The translations under genes and the position numbers were made by a program. Positions 39,351-52,463 of a stretch of 64,000 nt of DNA are shown here, one piece after another (position 1 is the first letter of the stretch; each line of letters begins with the position of its first letter). The notes below the pieces were generated by a model that had not been told where the DNA came from, ran no database searches, and saw only the letters and a program-made list of their open reading frames with translations. The DNA is from Octopus vulgaris (lineage: Eukaryota), in the NCBI GenBank assembly GCA_951406725.2, contig OX597824.1:87668001-87732000 (forward strand), given 5' to 3'.

Positions 39351-40289
39351 TAGAAAAGAGTATGTTAATTTCTTATATATATATTTTTTTTTTCAACTTT
39401 CATAAATATAATTATACATTATCAACTCAACTCTGCATGTGTATTTTTCACACAACATTCGCCCAGTAAATACCAAGGCAGCTGATGAGAGTAGAGACAG
39501 AGAGACAGAGACAGAGACAGAGACAGAGACAGAGACAGAGACAGATAGATAGACAGACAGAGTGAGTGAATGCAAGAGACAAAAGAAGAGGAAGGCTTAA
39601 TGTAGAAGAGAAAAGGACTAAAGTTGATGAATGGTGAGGCAGTCAGAACAAACTGACAAAAGAAGAGACAAGCTGCAGTATTTCACTACAATAATAAAAA
39701 AACACCAAAAAATCCCATGAGAGTTTTCTTTGAAAAGAATGATATAAAAATAAATAAGCCCACTAAAATAGCAAGGGGTTGGTGAGTCAAGATTAAGGGA
39801 TGACAATACAATTCATCTCTACTACATTCACTTGGAAAATATTTCTGTGCTATTGTGCTCCTTGGTTTACTGGTTGAAAATTATAGTAGTCCTCTGAATG
39901 ACAGTAACAAAACATCTGTAAAACTATTTAGATTCTGGCAACAAAATATCTGGAATGGAAATTATTAGCTGAGCCTTATAGGGAGAGAAAAGAAGATATG
40001 GTGTGTAAGATTGGGCTGTGAAACACCAATAGCTATATAAGTCTTTTTATTTGTTAATTTGATACAGGGGTTATAGTTCAAATTTTATATATTGTGGGTG
40101 TCTTGTTTAGTATTTTGTTCTGGAAGAGATAAAAAGGGACAGGGCTCGAAACCAAAGTAAAATGAAGCAATTTGTCCAACTTGGTGCTGCTATGGTGCTT
40201 TGCATTTTTTTTGTTTATGTTCTATACTAAGTCAATGTTCATGTAAATTCTTGTGAATAATTAAAACTAGCCACTTAAATCTAAAGCTA

Positions 40290-40850
40290 ACCACCACCAC
40301 CACCACCACTACCACAAACACCACTGCCACCACAACCACCACAACCACCACTACCACCACCACCACTACCACCACCACAACCACCACCACCACCACCACA
40401 ACCACCACCACCACCACCACCACCACAACTACCTTCACCACCACAACCACCACTACCACCACCACAACTACCACCACCACCACCACCACTACCACAAACA
40501 CCACTGCCACCACAACCACCACCACCACAACTACCACTACAACCACCACCACCACTACCACCACAACCACCGCCACCACCACCACTACAACCACCACCAC
40601 CGCCACCACAACCACCACTAGCACCACCAAAATCATTGTCATTCAACACCCCCTTTTTCTATGCTGGCATTTGTTGGATGGTTTGACAGGAGCTGGCGAA
40701 CCATCAGACTGTACCCAGCTCCACAGCGTCTGCTTTGGCATGGTTTCCACAACTGGATGCCATTCCTAATGCTAACCACTTTGTAGAGTGTGTGTTGCAT
40801 GCATTTTCTGTGGCACTAATGAGGTCACCAAGTAACTCCTTAAACAAGAC
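40290..40850 (-). mobile_element. Old RTE 3' end with a (CAC/CAA)n expansion at the tail
   Basis: ~340-bp (CAC)n run followed by CTGGATGCCATTCCTAATGCTAACCAC. Confidence 0.65.
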
Positions 40851-41006
40851 CCCTAAACTGAGGTGGTGAGTAGTATTGAGCGAAGTGGCTTTGCGGCAGG
40901 TGTTAAGAGGTTAAAGTATGATAAAGGGACAGGAACAGGTGTCTTTTTGTAGGGGGGAATCTCTATACTGTATTGTTATATCTTGTCACATAAATTATGT
41001 TAAGTA

Positions 41007-41570
41007 GGCACAAAAGTGGCTGTGTGGTGAGTAGCTTGCTTACCAACCACATGGTCCCAGGTTCAGTCTCATTGTGTGACACCTTGGGCAGGTGTCTTCT
41101 ACTATAGCCTCGGGCCGACCAAAGCCTTGTGAGTGGATTTGGTTGACGGAAACTGAAAGAAGCCCATCATATATATATAAATTATGTTAAGTAGGCATAG
41201 GAGTGGCTGTGTGGTAAGTAGCTTGCTTACCAACCACATGGTCTCAGGTTCAGTCCCAATGTGTGGCATCTTGGGCAAGTGTCTTCTACTATAGCCTCGG
41301 GCCGACCAAAGCCTTGTGAGTGGATTTGGTAGATGGAAACTGAAAGAAGCCCGTCGTATATATGTGTGTATGTGTGTGTATATGTTTGTGTGTCTGTTTG
41401 TCCCCTCAACATCACTTGATAACTGATGCTGGTGTGTTTACGTCCCCGTAATTTAGTGGTTTGGCAAAAGAGACCGATAGAATATGTACTAGGCTTACAA
41501 AGAATAAGGTCTGGGGTCGATTTGCTCAACTAAGGGCGGTGCTCCAGCATGGCCACAAAGTAAAAGCGTA
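41007..41570 (+). mobile_element. SINE family A head duplicated ahead of a full copy
   Basis: ATAAATTATGTTAAGTAGGCA precedes both heads. Confidence 0.8.
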
Positions 41571-42364
41571 AACGAGTAGAGAACTTTATTAATTAATTAT
41601 ATATCTTTTCTGAGACCCAAAAAATAACTTTTTGTAATTAAAAATCTTGGATTTGATCAAAGCAGATTAAGTGTGTTTTTCAATATTATGGATATTGTGG
41701 TTATGTGGTTTTAAGATGCCTGCTTCTAAACCATATGGTCGTGAGTTCAATCCCACAGCTCAGAACCTTGGGGTAAGTGTCTTCTACTTTAGCCCAGAGC
41801 TATGTGGGTGGTTTTGGTAAAGAGAAACTGAAAGAAGGCTATCATGTGTCTGTGGGTTGGGGGTGTAGGTGTGAGTGTGGGGGAGGGGGCGTATCTGTGA
41901 GTGTGTTTGGGTGTACCCTTGTCTAGACATCATGTGATGGTTGTGATGTGGTGGTCGTATGTCAGGGGGTGCATGTGTGGGTAGTTGTGGGGGCGAGGCG
42001 GGTGGGGAGGGGGCGTATCAATGAATGTGTTTGTGTGTGTACCCTTGTCTAGACATCATGTGATGGTTGTGTGGGTTGTGAGTGTGGGGGAGAGAGCGTA
42101 TTTGCGACTGTGTGTGTGCGTGTGTACCTTCCATCAACCTCGGCTGGGTCACCTGAATGAGGGTGTCTGATGTTGGAAGACCCTGAAATATCTTATCCCT
42201 GCAAATATCACTGATGACGTATCCAAGTGTATCAAAGGATGATAAGAATACGGGCACAAGGACCCTTCCAAAGTATGCCTTTATCACTTTTGATACACAA
42301 TTCCATACCAAAAATCTTCAAAACAGATACAAAAACGAAAATTTCTAACATTCCCTTTTATTTC

Positions 42365-42715
42365 AATCGTCATCATCATTGTCGCCGTCGTTGTCGTTAT
42401 CATCATCATCTTCATCATCATCGTCATAATCTTCATTATCATCATCATCATCATCTTCTTCTTCTTCACCATCATCATCACCATCACCATCATCATCATC
42501 ATCACCACCACTACCATCATCATCATTATCATCACCATCATCATAATCACCACCACCACCACCACCACCACCACTGCCATCATCATCATCACCCCCACCC
42601 CCACCACCACCATCATCATCATCATCATCATACACTCACTATTCCATGCTTGCATGGTTCAGATGGAAATGCTGAGGCAGATTTTCTACAGCCAGATACC
42701 CTCCCTGTCACCAAC
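42365..42715 (-). mobile_element. (CAT/CAC)n microsatellite attached to a degraded RTE 3' end
   Basis: Run followed by TTCCATGCTTGCATGG...TTTTCTACAGCCAGATACCCT. Confidence 0.6.
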
Positions 42716-42729
42716 TTTTGTTTATTTAT

Positions 42730-44060
42730 AGGCCAGGCATGTTGGCTGTATGGTAAGTAGCTTGCTTACCAACTACATGATTCCGGGTTCATTCCCACTG
42801 TGTGGTACCTGGGGAAAGTGTCTTCTTCTATAGCCTTGGGCTGACCAAAACCTCGTGAGTGGATTTGGTAGACGGAAACTGAAAGAAGCCCGTCATATAT
42901 ATGTATGTATATATATATATGTATGTGTGTCTGTGTTTGCCCCCCCCCCCCACATCACTTGACAACTGATGGTGGAATGTTTACATCTCCGTAACTTAGC
43001 GGTTCGGCAAAAGAGGCTGATAGAATAAGTACTAGACTTCCAAAGAATAAGTCCTGAAGTCGATTTGCTTGACTAAAGGCAGTGCTCCAGCATGGCCACA
43101 GTCAAATGACTGAAACAAGTAAAAGAGTAACCACACTTGTATGAAGGTGATGCTCATTTACAACCATCATATGATATCAAGACAAGGGTACACAGAAACA
43201 CACACATACACACATATATACAACAGGCTTTTTTAGTTTCCGTCTACCAAATTTACTCACAAAGCTTTGGTCAGACCAACGTTATAGTAAAAAAAATACT
43301 TTCCCAAGGTACCACACAATGGGATTGAACTTGGGACCACATGGCTAGAAGGCAAGCTTCTTAACCACACAGCCACACCTTCCATTTCTTTTATTTGATC
43401 TGGTTTGTCAATGCTGACTTTATCTGTTTCAGACGATTATGTGAACATTGTTTGAAAATAATTGTTCAAAAACGTTTGTTCGAATGGAAAATTGTATGAA
43501 TGAAAATTATTCAAAAAGGACAATTCTACAAAATGTTAATTATTCTAAATTTTTTATTCCATTTAAACAATTTAAAAATTAAAAATCAAGTACACAAAAA
43601 TGATATTTATTTCAAATAACTGTTTCTTGAATAATTGTTTTCGAACAGTTTCCATGATACGGGCGTAGGAGTAGCTGTGTGGTAAGTAGCTTGCTTACCA
43701 ACCACATGGTTCTGGGTTCAGTCCCACTGCGCGGCTCCTTCGGCAAGTGTCTTCTACTATAGCCTCGGGCCGACTAAAGCCTTGTGAGTGGATTTGGTAG
43801 ATGGAAACTGAAAGAAGCCCGTCATATATATATATGTATATATGTGTGTGTGTGTGTCTGTGTTTGTCCCCCCAACATCACTTGATAACCGATGGTGGTG
43901 TGTTTGCTTCCCCGTAACTTAGCAGTTCGGCAAAAGAGACCAATAGAATAAGTACTAGGTTTACAAAGAATAAGTCCTGGGGTCGATTTTCTCAACTAAA
44001 GGTGGTGCTCCAGCATGGCCGCAGTCAAATGGCTGAAACAAATAAAAAAATTAAAAAAGA
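42730..44060. mobile_element. Three SINE family A copies: + 42730-43130, - 43190-43380, + 43662-44060
   Basis: Family motifs in alternating orientation. Confidence 0.8.
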
Positions 44061-45194
44061 ATAACAAAGATATCATATCTATCAGTAAGATTTGTTTTCA
44101 TTTTGTACTTTCTAGAATTAGAAAAGTCTTATGAAAAAATTGCTGTTAGCCTTTAAAATGTTTTATATGAAAGGGAAAAATATTTTTTGCAAATACTATT
44201 TTGGATAAATTTTGAAAGTACTGGAAAATTCTTCATTATATTCAAAACCTGCAGAGACAGGAAGGTGACAAAAATAGATTATTCTTCAATGATTCTTTCA
44301 AGTAGAATTTGTATTACTACTAATTCTTTAATAGAAAATCCAAATATAATCCAAATATTTGAAAAATAATTTAGAATTTCTTTTATTTTATTTTCGTTTC
44401 TTTTGCATTTTTTTTTTCTTTTTGCCATATATTCAACAAATTCCATTTTTTTTTTGTTTGATTTTTAAATTTTTTTTAAATTAAAAAATTTTTTGGGTTA
44501 AGAACTATTTACAAGGAATGGACACTGTCTGCAGCTCGCAAAAATAAACATGTTGTGAATTCTTCCACGGGAGATGGGGGGAATGGGGATAAAACCAAAA
44601 TGAAAACCCAAGATTACCAACAGCAACAATAACAGCAGCAGCAGTGACAACAACAACAACATCAACAACAACAATAGTGATAACAACATAAGCTTTAGAA
44701 GAACATGGTGATGACATCATCTTTCGTTATAAGCCTCACTGCTTCACATTATTCCCGAAATTTGGTTCCACCAAGTAGGACAGTATTCCGTAGGACCCTA
44801 CCCAGCCCCCCTACATTATTGTACTTTCTGCTGGATCAACATCATCAATTTACTGACAATCAGGGAAGCAATTATCGTTTAGGAGGTTCACGATGTCGTC
44901 ATCAGTAACATCATCATCATCATCATCAGCATCACGATCATCATCATCATCATCATCATAAAAGTGACGAAATTCAGACTGCCTAGCAACAAAAGACAGC
45001 AGCAGAAAGGGTGAATGCAGTAAACAATGTTACAGTCCAATCAGTCATGTAGCAGTAAATGTTGCGTGCAGCTGCATTTTTAGCAGAAATAGCTTACGTA
45101 AGGTACCACCATGAAGCCAGGAAGCTAAGGAGTCGACTGATGGTGTAGCGTTTTACATGTTAAAATGATGAGACGTCCAGAGGAGTTCCGAGTC

Positions 45195-45975
45195 AACATA
45201 CACACACACACACACCATATATGCATACATATATAAATATATACATGAACATGTATATATGTATGCACATACATTTATATATGTGTATAGGAATGTATAT
45301 ATATATATATATATATCTGAATACATGCATGTGTATATGTGTGTGTATATATATATATATATATTTATAAATATAGCTTTATGTATGTATAGGTATGTGT
45401 GTGTATGTATGTTTATGTGTGTGCATATATAGATATATACATACATATCTACACACACACATATATATGTACACACACACACACACAAAAATGCACACCA
45501 TATATGCATACATATATAAATATATACATGTGTATATGTATGCACATACATATATGTGTATAGGAATGTATATATATATCTGAATACATGCATGTGTATG
45601 TGTGTGTATATATATATATATATGTTTATAAATATAGCTTTATGTATGTATAGGTATGTGTGTGTGTATGTTTGTGTGTGTGCATATATATATGTATGTG
45701 TGTGTATATATAGATATACATACATATCTACACACACACACACACATATATGTACACACACACAAATGCACACCATATATGCATACATATATAAATATAT
45801 ACATGCATATATATGTGTGTATAGGAATGTATATATATGAATGTGTGTATATATATGTTTATAAATATAGCTATATGTATGTATAGGCATGTTTGTGTGT
45901 GTGTGTGTACATATATAGATATATACATACATACATATCTACACACACACACACATATATACACACACATGTATA
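45195..45975. repeat. Higher-order repeat of about three 200-290 bp compound (TA/CA/TG) units
   Basis: Recurring landmarks CACCATATATGCATAC, TATAGGAATG and TTTATAAATATAGCT. Confidence 0.75.
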
Positions 45976-46470
45976 TGTATGTTTACAATTTCTTAAAGTA
46001 AAAGGTGTGAGTCAATATATATTATCATACATATACACACATGTACACCAAAGACTGAATCATTCATGTGATACATTCCCCAGAAGGATGAAAGCTAAAA
46101 GATGAATTCCGCTCCGTGGAATCAGAACATAAAGGGACGTAACTGAATACCACAAAACATTTCATTCAGCACTCAACAGTTTTTATCAATCACTGCTCTT
46201 TCATTCTCCCAGCCATGTATACACACAGAGTCATACATACACCCAGCTATATATATATATATATAAATTAGAAAAAATCACCTGTTATCAATTCAAAATG
46301 AACAATTAAATTACACCATCTAGAAAATTACATATAATAGAAATTAAAATAACAATAAAAAAAACAATAAAATACCATTGATTAAGTTAATTGCAAAAAA
46401 AATATTTAAAATGTATATAATTGGTAGAGTATTTAAGATTAATATTCCCTCAAATATTATTATATATATA

Positions 46471-46539
<69 letters not shown>

Positions 46540-46540
46540 T

Positions 46541-46660
46541 ATTAAAGTTAGATAAGGCTGGTTTATGGGATTACCTAGGGTTTCATGTCCATATAGCTAA
46601 GCCCTTTATGGATATAAAACCTAAGGTAATCCCATAAATCGGTCTTATCGTAACTTTAAT
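46541..46660. repeat. Fold-back hairpin adjacent to (TA)n
   Basis: ATTAAAGTTA...TTTATGGGATTACCT pairs with AGGTAATCCCATAAA...TAACTTTAAT. Confidence 0.85.
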
Positions 46661-46759
46661 AAATACTGCTCTATATCTTAGAGTGTGCTTCTTTTTTGGG
46701 GATTTATATTTACAGACAATCCATATATATAATAAACAGTAAATAATATATAGTACATA

Positions 46760-46790
<31 letters not shown>

Positions 46791-46956
46791 ATATAAAATT
46801 GAATAAGGGTAGAAATTGATATTAATCAATTAAAACTACTTTGGTTTTGTGTTGAGTTTTTTCTTGAGAACACATTCTTCATGGAAAATAGTGATTTTGA
46901 TGTCTATGTCTAGTATATAGGCTGTCCATTTTTAGTGGTCAGTCCTTTAAATTTTG

Positions 46957-47050
<94 letters not shown>

Positions 47051-47240
47051 GGGGGAGAATTCACAAAAAACAAATGACAAAGACAGGTGGTGTAGGCAAC
47101 AAACAGATGTATTAGTATAACACTGAGGAATAGAAAAAGTCTTTAACATTTCGAGCCTACGCTCTTCTACAGAAAAGAACACAGAAAGAAAGAAGGAGAG
47201 AAAATAAAGAATGTGTAGTGGCTAGCAATCTATCATGGCG
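47051..47240 (-). mobile_element. (TA)n-embedded island, paralog of 38280-38457
   Basis: Shared AAGACAGGTGGTGTA...TTTCGAGCCT...GCTCTTCTACAGAAA. Confidence 0.6.
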
Positions 47241-47241
47241 A

Positions 47242-47291
<50 letters not shown>

Positions 47292-47693
47292 TCTAATACA
47301 TGTGTATATTGACAGGGCAAGACTGCTAGGTAGTCGGCCGCATGCTAGAAATAGATCATCAACAATCAAACTAATATATATACATGCATATATGGGTACA
47401 GGACATCACCAACAGTTCAAACAACATGAAATATGTAAACAAACAAGTTAAATACATAAACAAAGAATGAGAAAAAAATGGAGAAGAGGATAAGTAATCA
47501 TAGAGAAATGACCCTCCATCAGTTGTTGGCTGTCTATCTACTCCTCATTTCGAGCATTTAATGACATATATATATATATATATATACCGGAGTAAGCACA
47601 TAAATGTAAAACAAGGTGGAAAAAAGAGTACTCAAATACTAGTGGTAGAGTAATATGCTTTATTTAAAGCTTTAAAGCAGCAGAACATTCAAC

Positions 47694-47741
47694 AAAACCT
47701 GTTACTCTGAGTTTCACGTTCCCGTTCGTCGGACAGTTTTT
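47694..47741 (-). ncRNA. Minimal type I hammerhead-like ribozyme (U4C core variant) in a fold-back element (47587-47807)
   Basis: Minus strand reads AAAAACTGT-CCGACGA-ACG GGAA CGT-GAAA-CTCAGA-GTA-ACAGGTTTT. Confidence 0.65.
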
Positions 47742-47805
47742 GACAAACGGGAACATGAAACTCAGAGTAACAGGTTTTGTTGAATTTTCTGCTGCTTTCA
47801 ATAAA

Positions 47806-48140
47806 GCCAGAAGGCTGCACCAGGCCCAGTCTGATCTGGCAATGTTTCTACAGCTGGATGCTCTTTCTAACACCAACCACTCCGTGAGTGTAGTGGGTGC
47901 TTTTTACATGCCACTGGCACAGGGGCCAGAGGAGGCTGGCAAACAGCTACGATTATTTGGTGCTTTTATGTGTCACTGACACGGGGGCGATAGTCAAGCG
48001 GTGCTGGCATCTGCCACATCGGACGGTGCTTTTTACATGTCACCAGCACGGGTATCTGAACTACAATTTCCATTGATTTTTAGATTGATGTTGGTGTTGA
48101 CATACTTGACTCAATAGGTTTCCTCAAGAACAGCAGGTCA
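47806..48140 (-). mobile_element. RTE 3' UTR fragment
   Basis: TTTCTACAGCTGGATGCTCTTTCTAACACCAACCACTCC. Confidence 0.7.
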
Positions 48141-48144
48141 CCCA

Positions 48145-48179
<35 letters not shown>

Positions 48180-48544
48180 ATGTGATCATGTGACCAACCA
48201 GACTATTAGATTTTGTTACACATCACTGGTCACAATGCACTTTGCATTGATTTAACCATCAAATGATGCCACCTCACTGGCTAGGTGAGCAGGCCAACAC
48301 TCTCCTTTGGTAGAAAGGGGACTGGAGCAATGTGAAATCAGGTAATTGAACCCACAATCCAGCGATTATGTGTACAACAGCCTAACCATTGGGCCATTCA
48401 CCTTTACACACACACACACACACACTCGGAGTTACCTAATCACCATTATACTCAAATAGACAACTGTTTATACACTATTTATATAATCCTGATGTGTTTA
48501 TTATGTCTGACTGTCTGTCTGTTTGTCCTTTGATCAGTCTATTG

Positions 48545-48932
48545 ATGTGTATATGTATGTGTATGTGGATGCGTGTGTGAAATATGTATGTGTATGTGAA
48601 CGCGTGTGTGTATATGTATGTGTATGTGAATGTGTGTTGTGTATATGTATGTGTATGTAGATGTTTGTGTGTATGCCTGTGTGTATATGTATGTGTATGT
48701 GGGTGTGTATATGTATGTGTATGTGGATGCATGTGTGTATCTGTATGTGTATGTGAATGTGGGTGTATATGTATGTGTATGTGGATGCATGTGTGTATAT
48801 GTATGTGACTACGTGTGTGTATATGTATGTGTATGTGAATGCGTGTGTGTATCTGTATGTGTATGTGAATGCATGTGTGTATATGTATGTGTGTGTGTAT
48901 ATGTATGTGTATGTGAATGCGTGTGTGTGTGT
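48545..48932. repeat. (TG/TATG)n compound repeat with a ~30-bp period
   Basis: Recurring GTGTATATGTATGTGTATGTGAATG. Confidence 0.85.
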
Positions 48933-50024
48933 AACAGTGAATGGTAAGTCAGTTCCGGTAGTCTGTAGTTCTTAGCATCTTTTCTCTTTTACTCTTTTAC
49001 TTGTTTCAGTCATTGGACTGTGACCATGCTGGGGCACTTCCTTAAAGGGTTTCAGTCCAATAGATCATCTCCAGTAATTACTTCCTAAGCCTAGTTTTTA
49101 TCACTCTCTTTTACTCTTTTACTTGTTTCAGTCATTTGACTGCGGCCATGCTGGAGCACCACCTTTAGTCGGGCAAATCGAGCCCAGGACTTATTCTTTG
49201 TAAGCCCAGTACTTATTCTATCGGTCTCTTTTGCCGAACCGCTAAGTGATGGGGACGTAAACGCACCAGCATCGGTTGTCAAGCAATGCTAGAGGGACAT
49301 ATAAAGATGTATATCTTAGTATAATACACACACACACACACATTAATATTGACTAGTTCTAGATATTAATGGTTATTGTATTTTTTTTATGTTCCTTTCC
49401 TCCCCCCCCCCACCCACCCCACCTTAATTAATTAACGAGAAAGATATTTGAAAAACATATCCCGGCAGTGAAATTGTTTAGCAAGTTTTTGTTTATTTAA
49501 TAACTTTTTATCGTATTTGTTTGTTTGATGTTTTGCCATGAAGACAGGTTGACGACGACAACAACAACAGCAGCAGCAGCCGCAGCAGCAGTAACAATAA
49601 CAACAACAACAACAACAACACCAACAACAACAACAACAAGTGATGCTGTCACCAGTAGCAGAATAACCCTGCTGCTAAAGCTGCCGAGAAAGAACAGAAC
49701 GGGAGAATGACGAAGTGTAACAGGAATGTGGAGGTTCCCTAAGCTTCATGCAGAATGCACAGCATGAGGGGGGTGAGGGTGTGGGTGGGGTGAGGGGGAC
49801 ACACGGGGGGTGGGGTGGGGTGGGGGGTGGAAATGGCAAATGGGAAAAGAAAAATTCAGTGAAATTCGGGAATGAAATGAAAGGCAATCATTTGTGTTGT
49901 CTTCAAGTACTACTGCTGCTGCTGCTACTACTACTACTACTACCACCACCACCACTACTACTACTACTAGTAATAATATTAATAATAATGAAATTATTGT
50001 ATACAATGCTCAGGTGCACCTCAA

Positions 50025-50042
50025 ATGATAATAGTAATAATA

Positions 50043-50083
<41 letters not shown>

Positions 50084-50396
50084 AATGATGATGGTGATGA
50101 TGATGAGAATAATAATCATAATAATAACCCATGGAAAGCGGACGTTAAACGATGAATAATAATAATAATAATAATGATAATAATAATAATGATAATAATA
50201 ATAATGATGATGATGATGAGAATAATAATAATTATAATAATAATAATAATAACCCATGCTAGCATGGAAAGCAGACGTTAAATGAATTATTATAATAATA
50301 ATAATAATAATGATAATAATAATAATAATAATAATGATAATAATAATAATAATGATAATGATAATAATAATAATAATGATAATGATAATAATAATA

Positions 50397-50427
<31 letters not shown>

Positions 50428-50620
50428 TGATGATGATGATGATAATGATAATGATGATGATAATAATGATAATGATAATAATAATGATAATAATAATAAT
50501 AATAATGATGATAATGATAATGATAATGATAATGATGATGATAATAATAATAATAATAATAATAATGATGATGATGATGATGATAATGATAATGATAATG
50601 ATGATGATAATAATGATAAG
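50025..50620. repeat. (AAT/GAT)n microsatellite containing two ultra-short RTE 3' ends
   Basis: AACCCATGGAAAGCGGACGTTAAACGATG near 50126-50154 and AACCCATGCTAGCATGGAAAGCAGACGTTAAATG at 50251-50284. Confidence 0.8.
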
Positions 50621-51324
50621 AAAATAAATCATCGGAGGTGTGTTCATTTACCCAAATTCTTTGAACAGATGAGGCCAATCAATTTGTTAGTTTTAGAAAT
50701 GAATGCAAAAGTGAATTCGGTGTTGAAGGATTTCTTGATAATGCAAGTGATCTGATATGATGTCAACACAAGATTATGTTGAGAGCAGAGAGAGAGCACT
50801 AGAGAAGTGAAAGAAGAAAAAAAAAGAAAGAAAGAAAGAAAGGAAAGGAAAAGGTGAAAAGGGAAGAAGATATAAGGAAGGGAAAAAATAAGTGACTAAC
50901 TTTGTGAATATCCATGCTGGCATAAATTTGAAGTTGGAAAGAAAAGAAAATTGCTCAAGAAAATGAGATAAAAATAATGAGAAAAATAAAATAAAATGAA
51001 ACAAAAAACCCCCCCCAAAAAACTCGGTAGCCTTAAAAACTAATCAGTGATGAAAAATACCAAAAGTATGAGAATATAAATGTCTTCAGCTAAATTAGGG
51101 ATATAAAGTACCTGACAGGAAAAATAGGGCAGTTGATGAAGCGTTTTTAGGGGGAAAATGAAAGGTGAAGAGGATTCAGTTAGAAATAGTTACTCTTTTA
51201 CTTGTTTCAGTCATTTGACTGTGGCCATGCTGGAGCACCGCCTTTAGTTGAGCAAATCAACCCCGGGACTTTTTCTTTGTAAGCCTAGTACTTATTCTAT
51301 CGGTCCCTTTTGTCGAACTGCTAA

Positions 51325-51492
51325 GTTGACTGTTCTTTGAGCCACTTCAGTAGAGTTTTCACTTCCTCGTCACTGGACTATCATCTCTTTGACCCCATGA
51401 AAGATGGTTTGAGAGACAAACATTATTCCAGTGACGAGGAAGTGAAAACTGTAGTGAAGAAGTGGCTCAAAGAACAGTCAACAGAATTTTAC
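51325..51492 (+). pseudogene. Mariner transposase fragment with an inverted duplication
   Basis: From 51376 translates DYHLFDPMKDGLRDKHYSSDEEVKTVVKKWLKEQSTEFY; 51325-51377 is an imperfect reverse complement of 51427-51482. Confidence 0.8.
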
Positions 51493-52109
51493 GTGCCGAT
51501 GGCACGTTAAAAACACCATTCGAACATGATCGTTACCTGCGTCACCTTACTAGCACTTGTGCTGGTGGCATGTGAAAAAACATTCGAGTGAGGTCGTTGC
51601 ACATTTCTACCAGCTCCCAAGAAAACATGGGATGAGGTGGTCAAGCATGACCATTGAATGATGATGATGATGATGATGATAAAAAAAATAATTTCTTCAT
51701 TTTGTGACAGATTAGAAGATGTGACTGGGATAAATTATGCAGATCACAGATAGTTTTTAGTCCCAGAGATAACCGTTTGTTCTTAGTACCCACTCCTAGC
51801 TGTGTTCTTCAGCTTACAGGAATATGCCAAGGACAGATCCATACACTTGCCACTCTCACCTGCCTTTTGGAAAATTTTCTGAAAGTGAGACTTGAAATAA
51901 GGTGATGAAGGATTTGACTGAAGAGGTAAGAATCTGTCTTCAGTCCTCTCAGATTTGTCTACTAATACAACCCCTATTACTATAATTTGCAGACAGAAGA
52001 AAGTCTTACCCTTTCAGGCTAAAAAAAGTTAGTGGGATGATCCCACTATTGACCAATGGACTTGGTCAATACATTTATCTTACACAGCAACAGTTGTTTA
52101 ACATAAATT

Positions 52110-52425
52110 CATGACTCAATAATGCTCAGACATTTGACAAGTGTCCAGAGAATAGTTCCATCTCTCAACATGTTTGTCCAATAGATCCATCTGATGTACT
52201 TATATGGGAAATTACCATCTGTATCATCTCTTGTAAAAGGTAGAAGAGTCCAGTTTGCTGGACATTGTTGTAGAGCTGAAAACGAGGTAATTTCTACTCT
52301 TCTCCTCTGGAAGCCATCTACTTGTGATACCAGAGGGCGCACACTCTCCTACCCTGATGTAATCTCCAGGGATACAGGCATCCAGCAACAGGACTTCCGT
52401 AATGCTATGATGGACCGTGAAGTCT
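52110..52425 (+). pseudogene. RTE-like LINE ORF2 C-terminal fragment (different family)
   Basis: LYGKLPSVSSLVKGRRVQFAGHCCRAENE...LLLWKP...RGR...AMMDRE. Confidence 0.75.
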
Positions 52426-52463
52426 TGCATAATTGCAAAGCAAGAGACAGCTGAAATTTCTCC

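Noticed and set aside
47395-47565. Possible type II hammerhead on the minus strand (CGAAAT...CTGATGG)
   Set aside because: The core is mutated and I could not form convincing stems I and II; kept only as another (TA)n-embedded island
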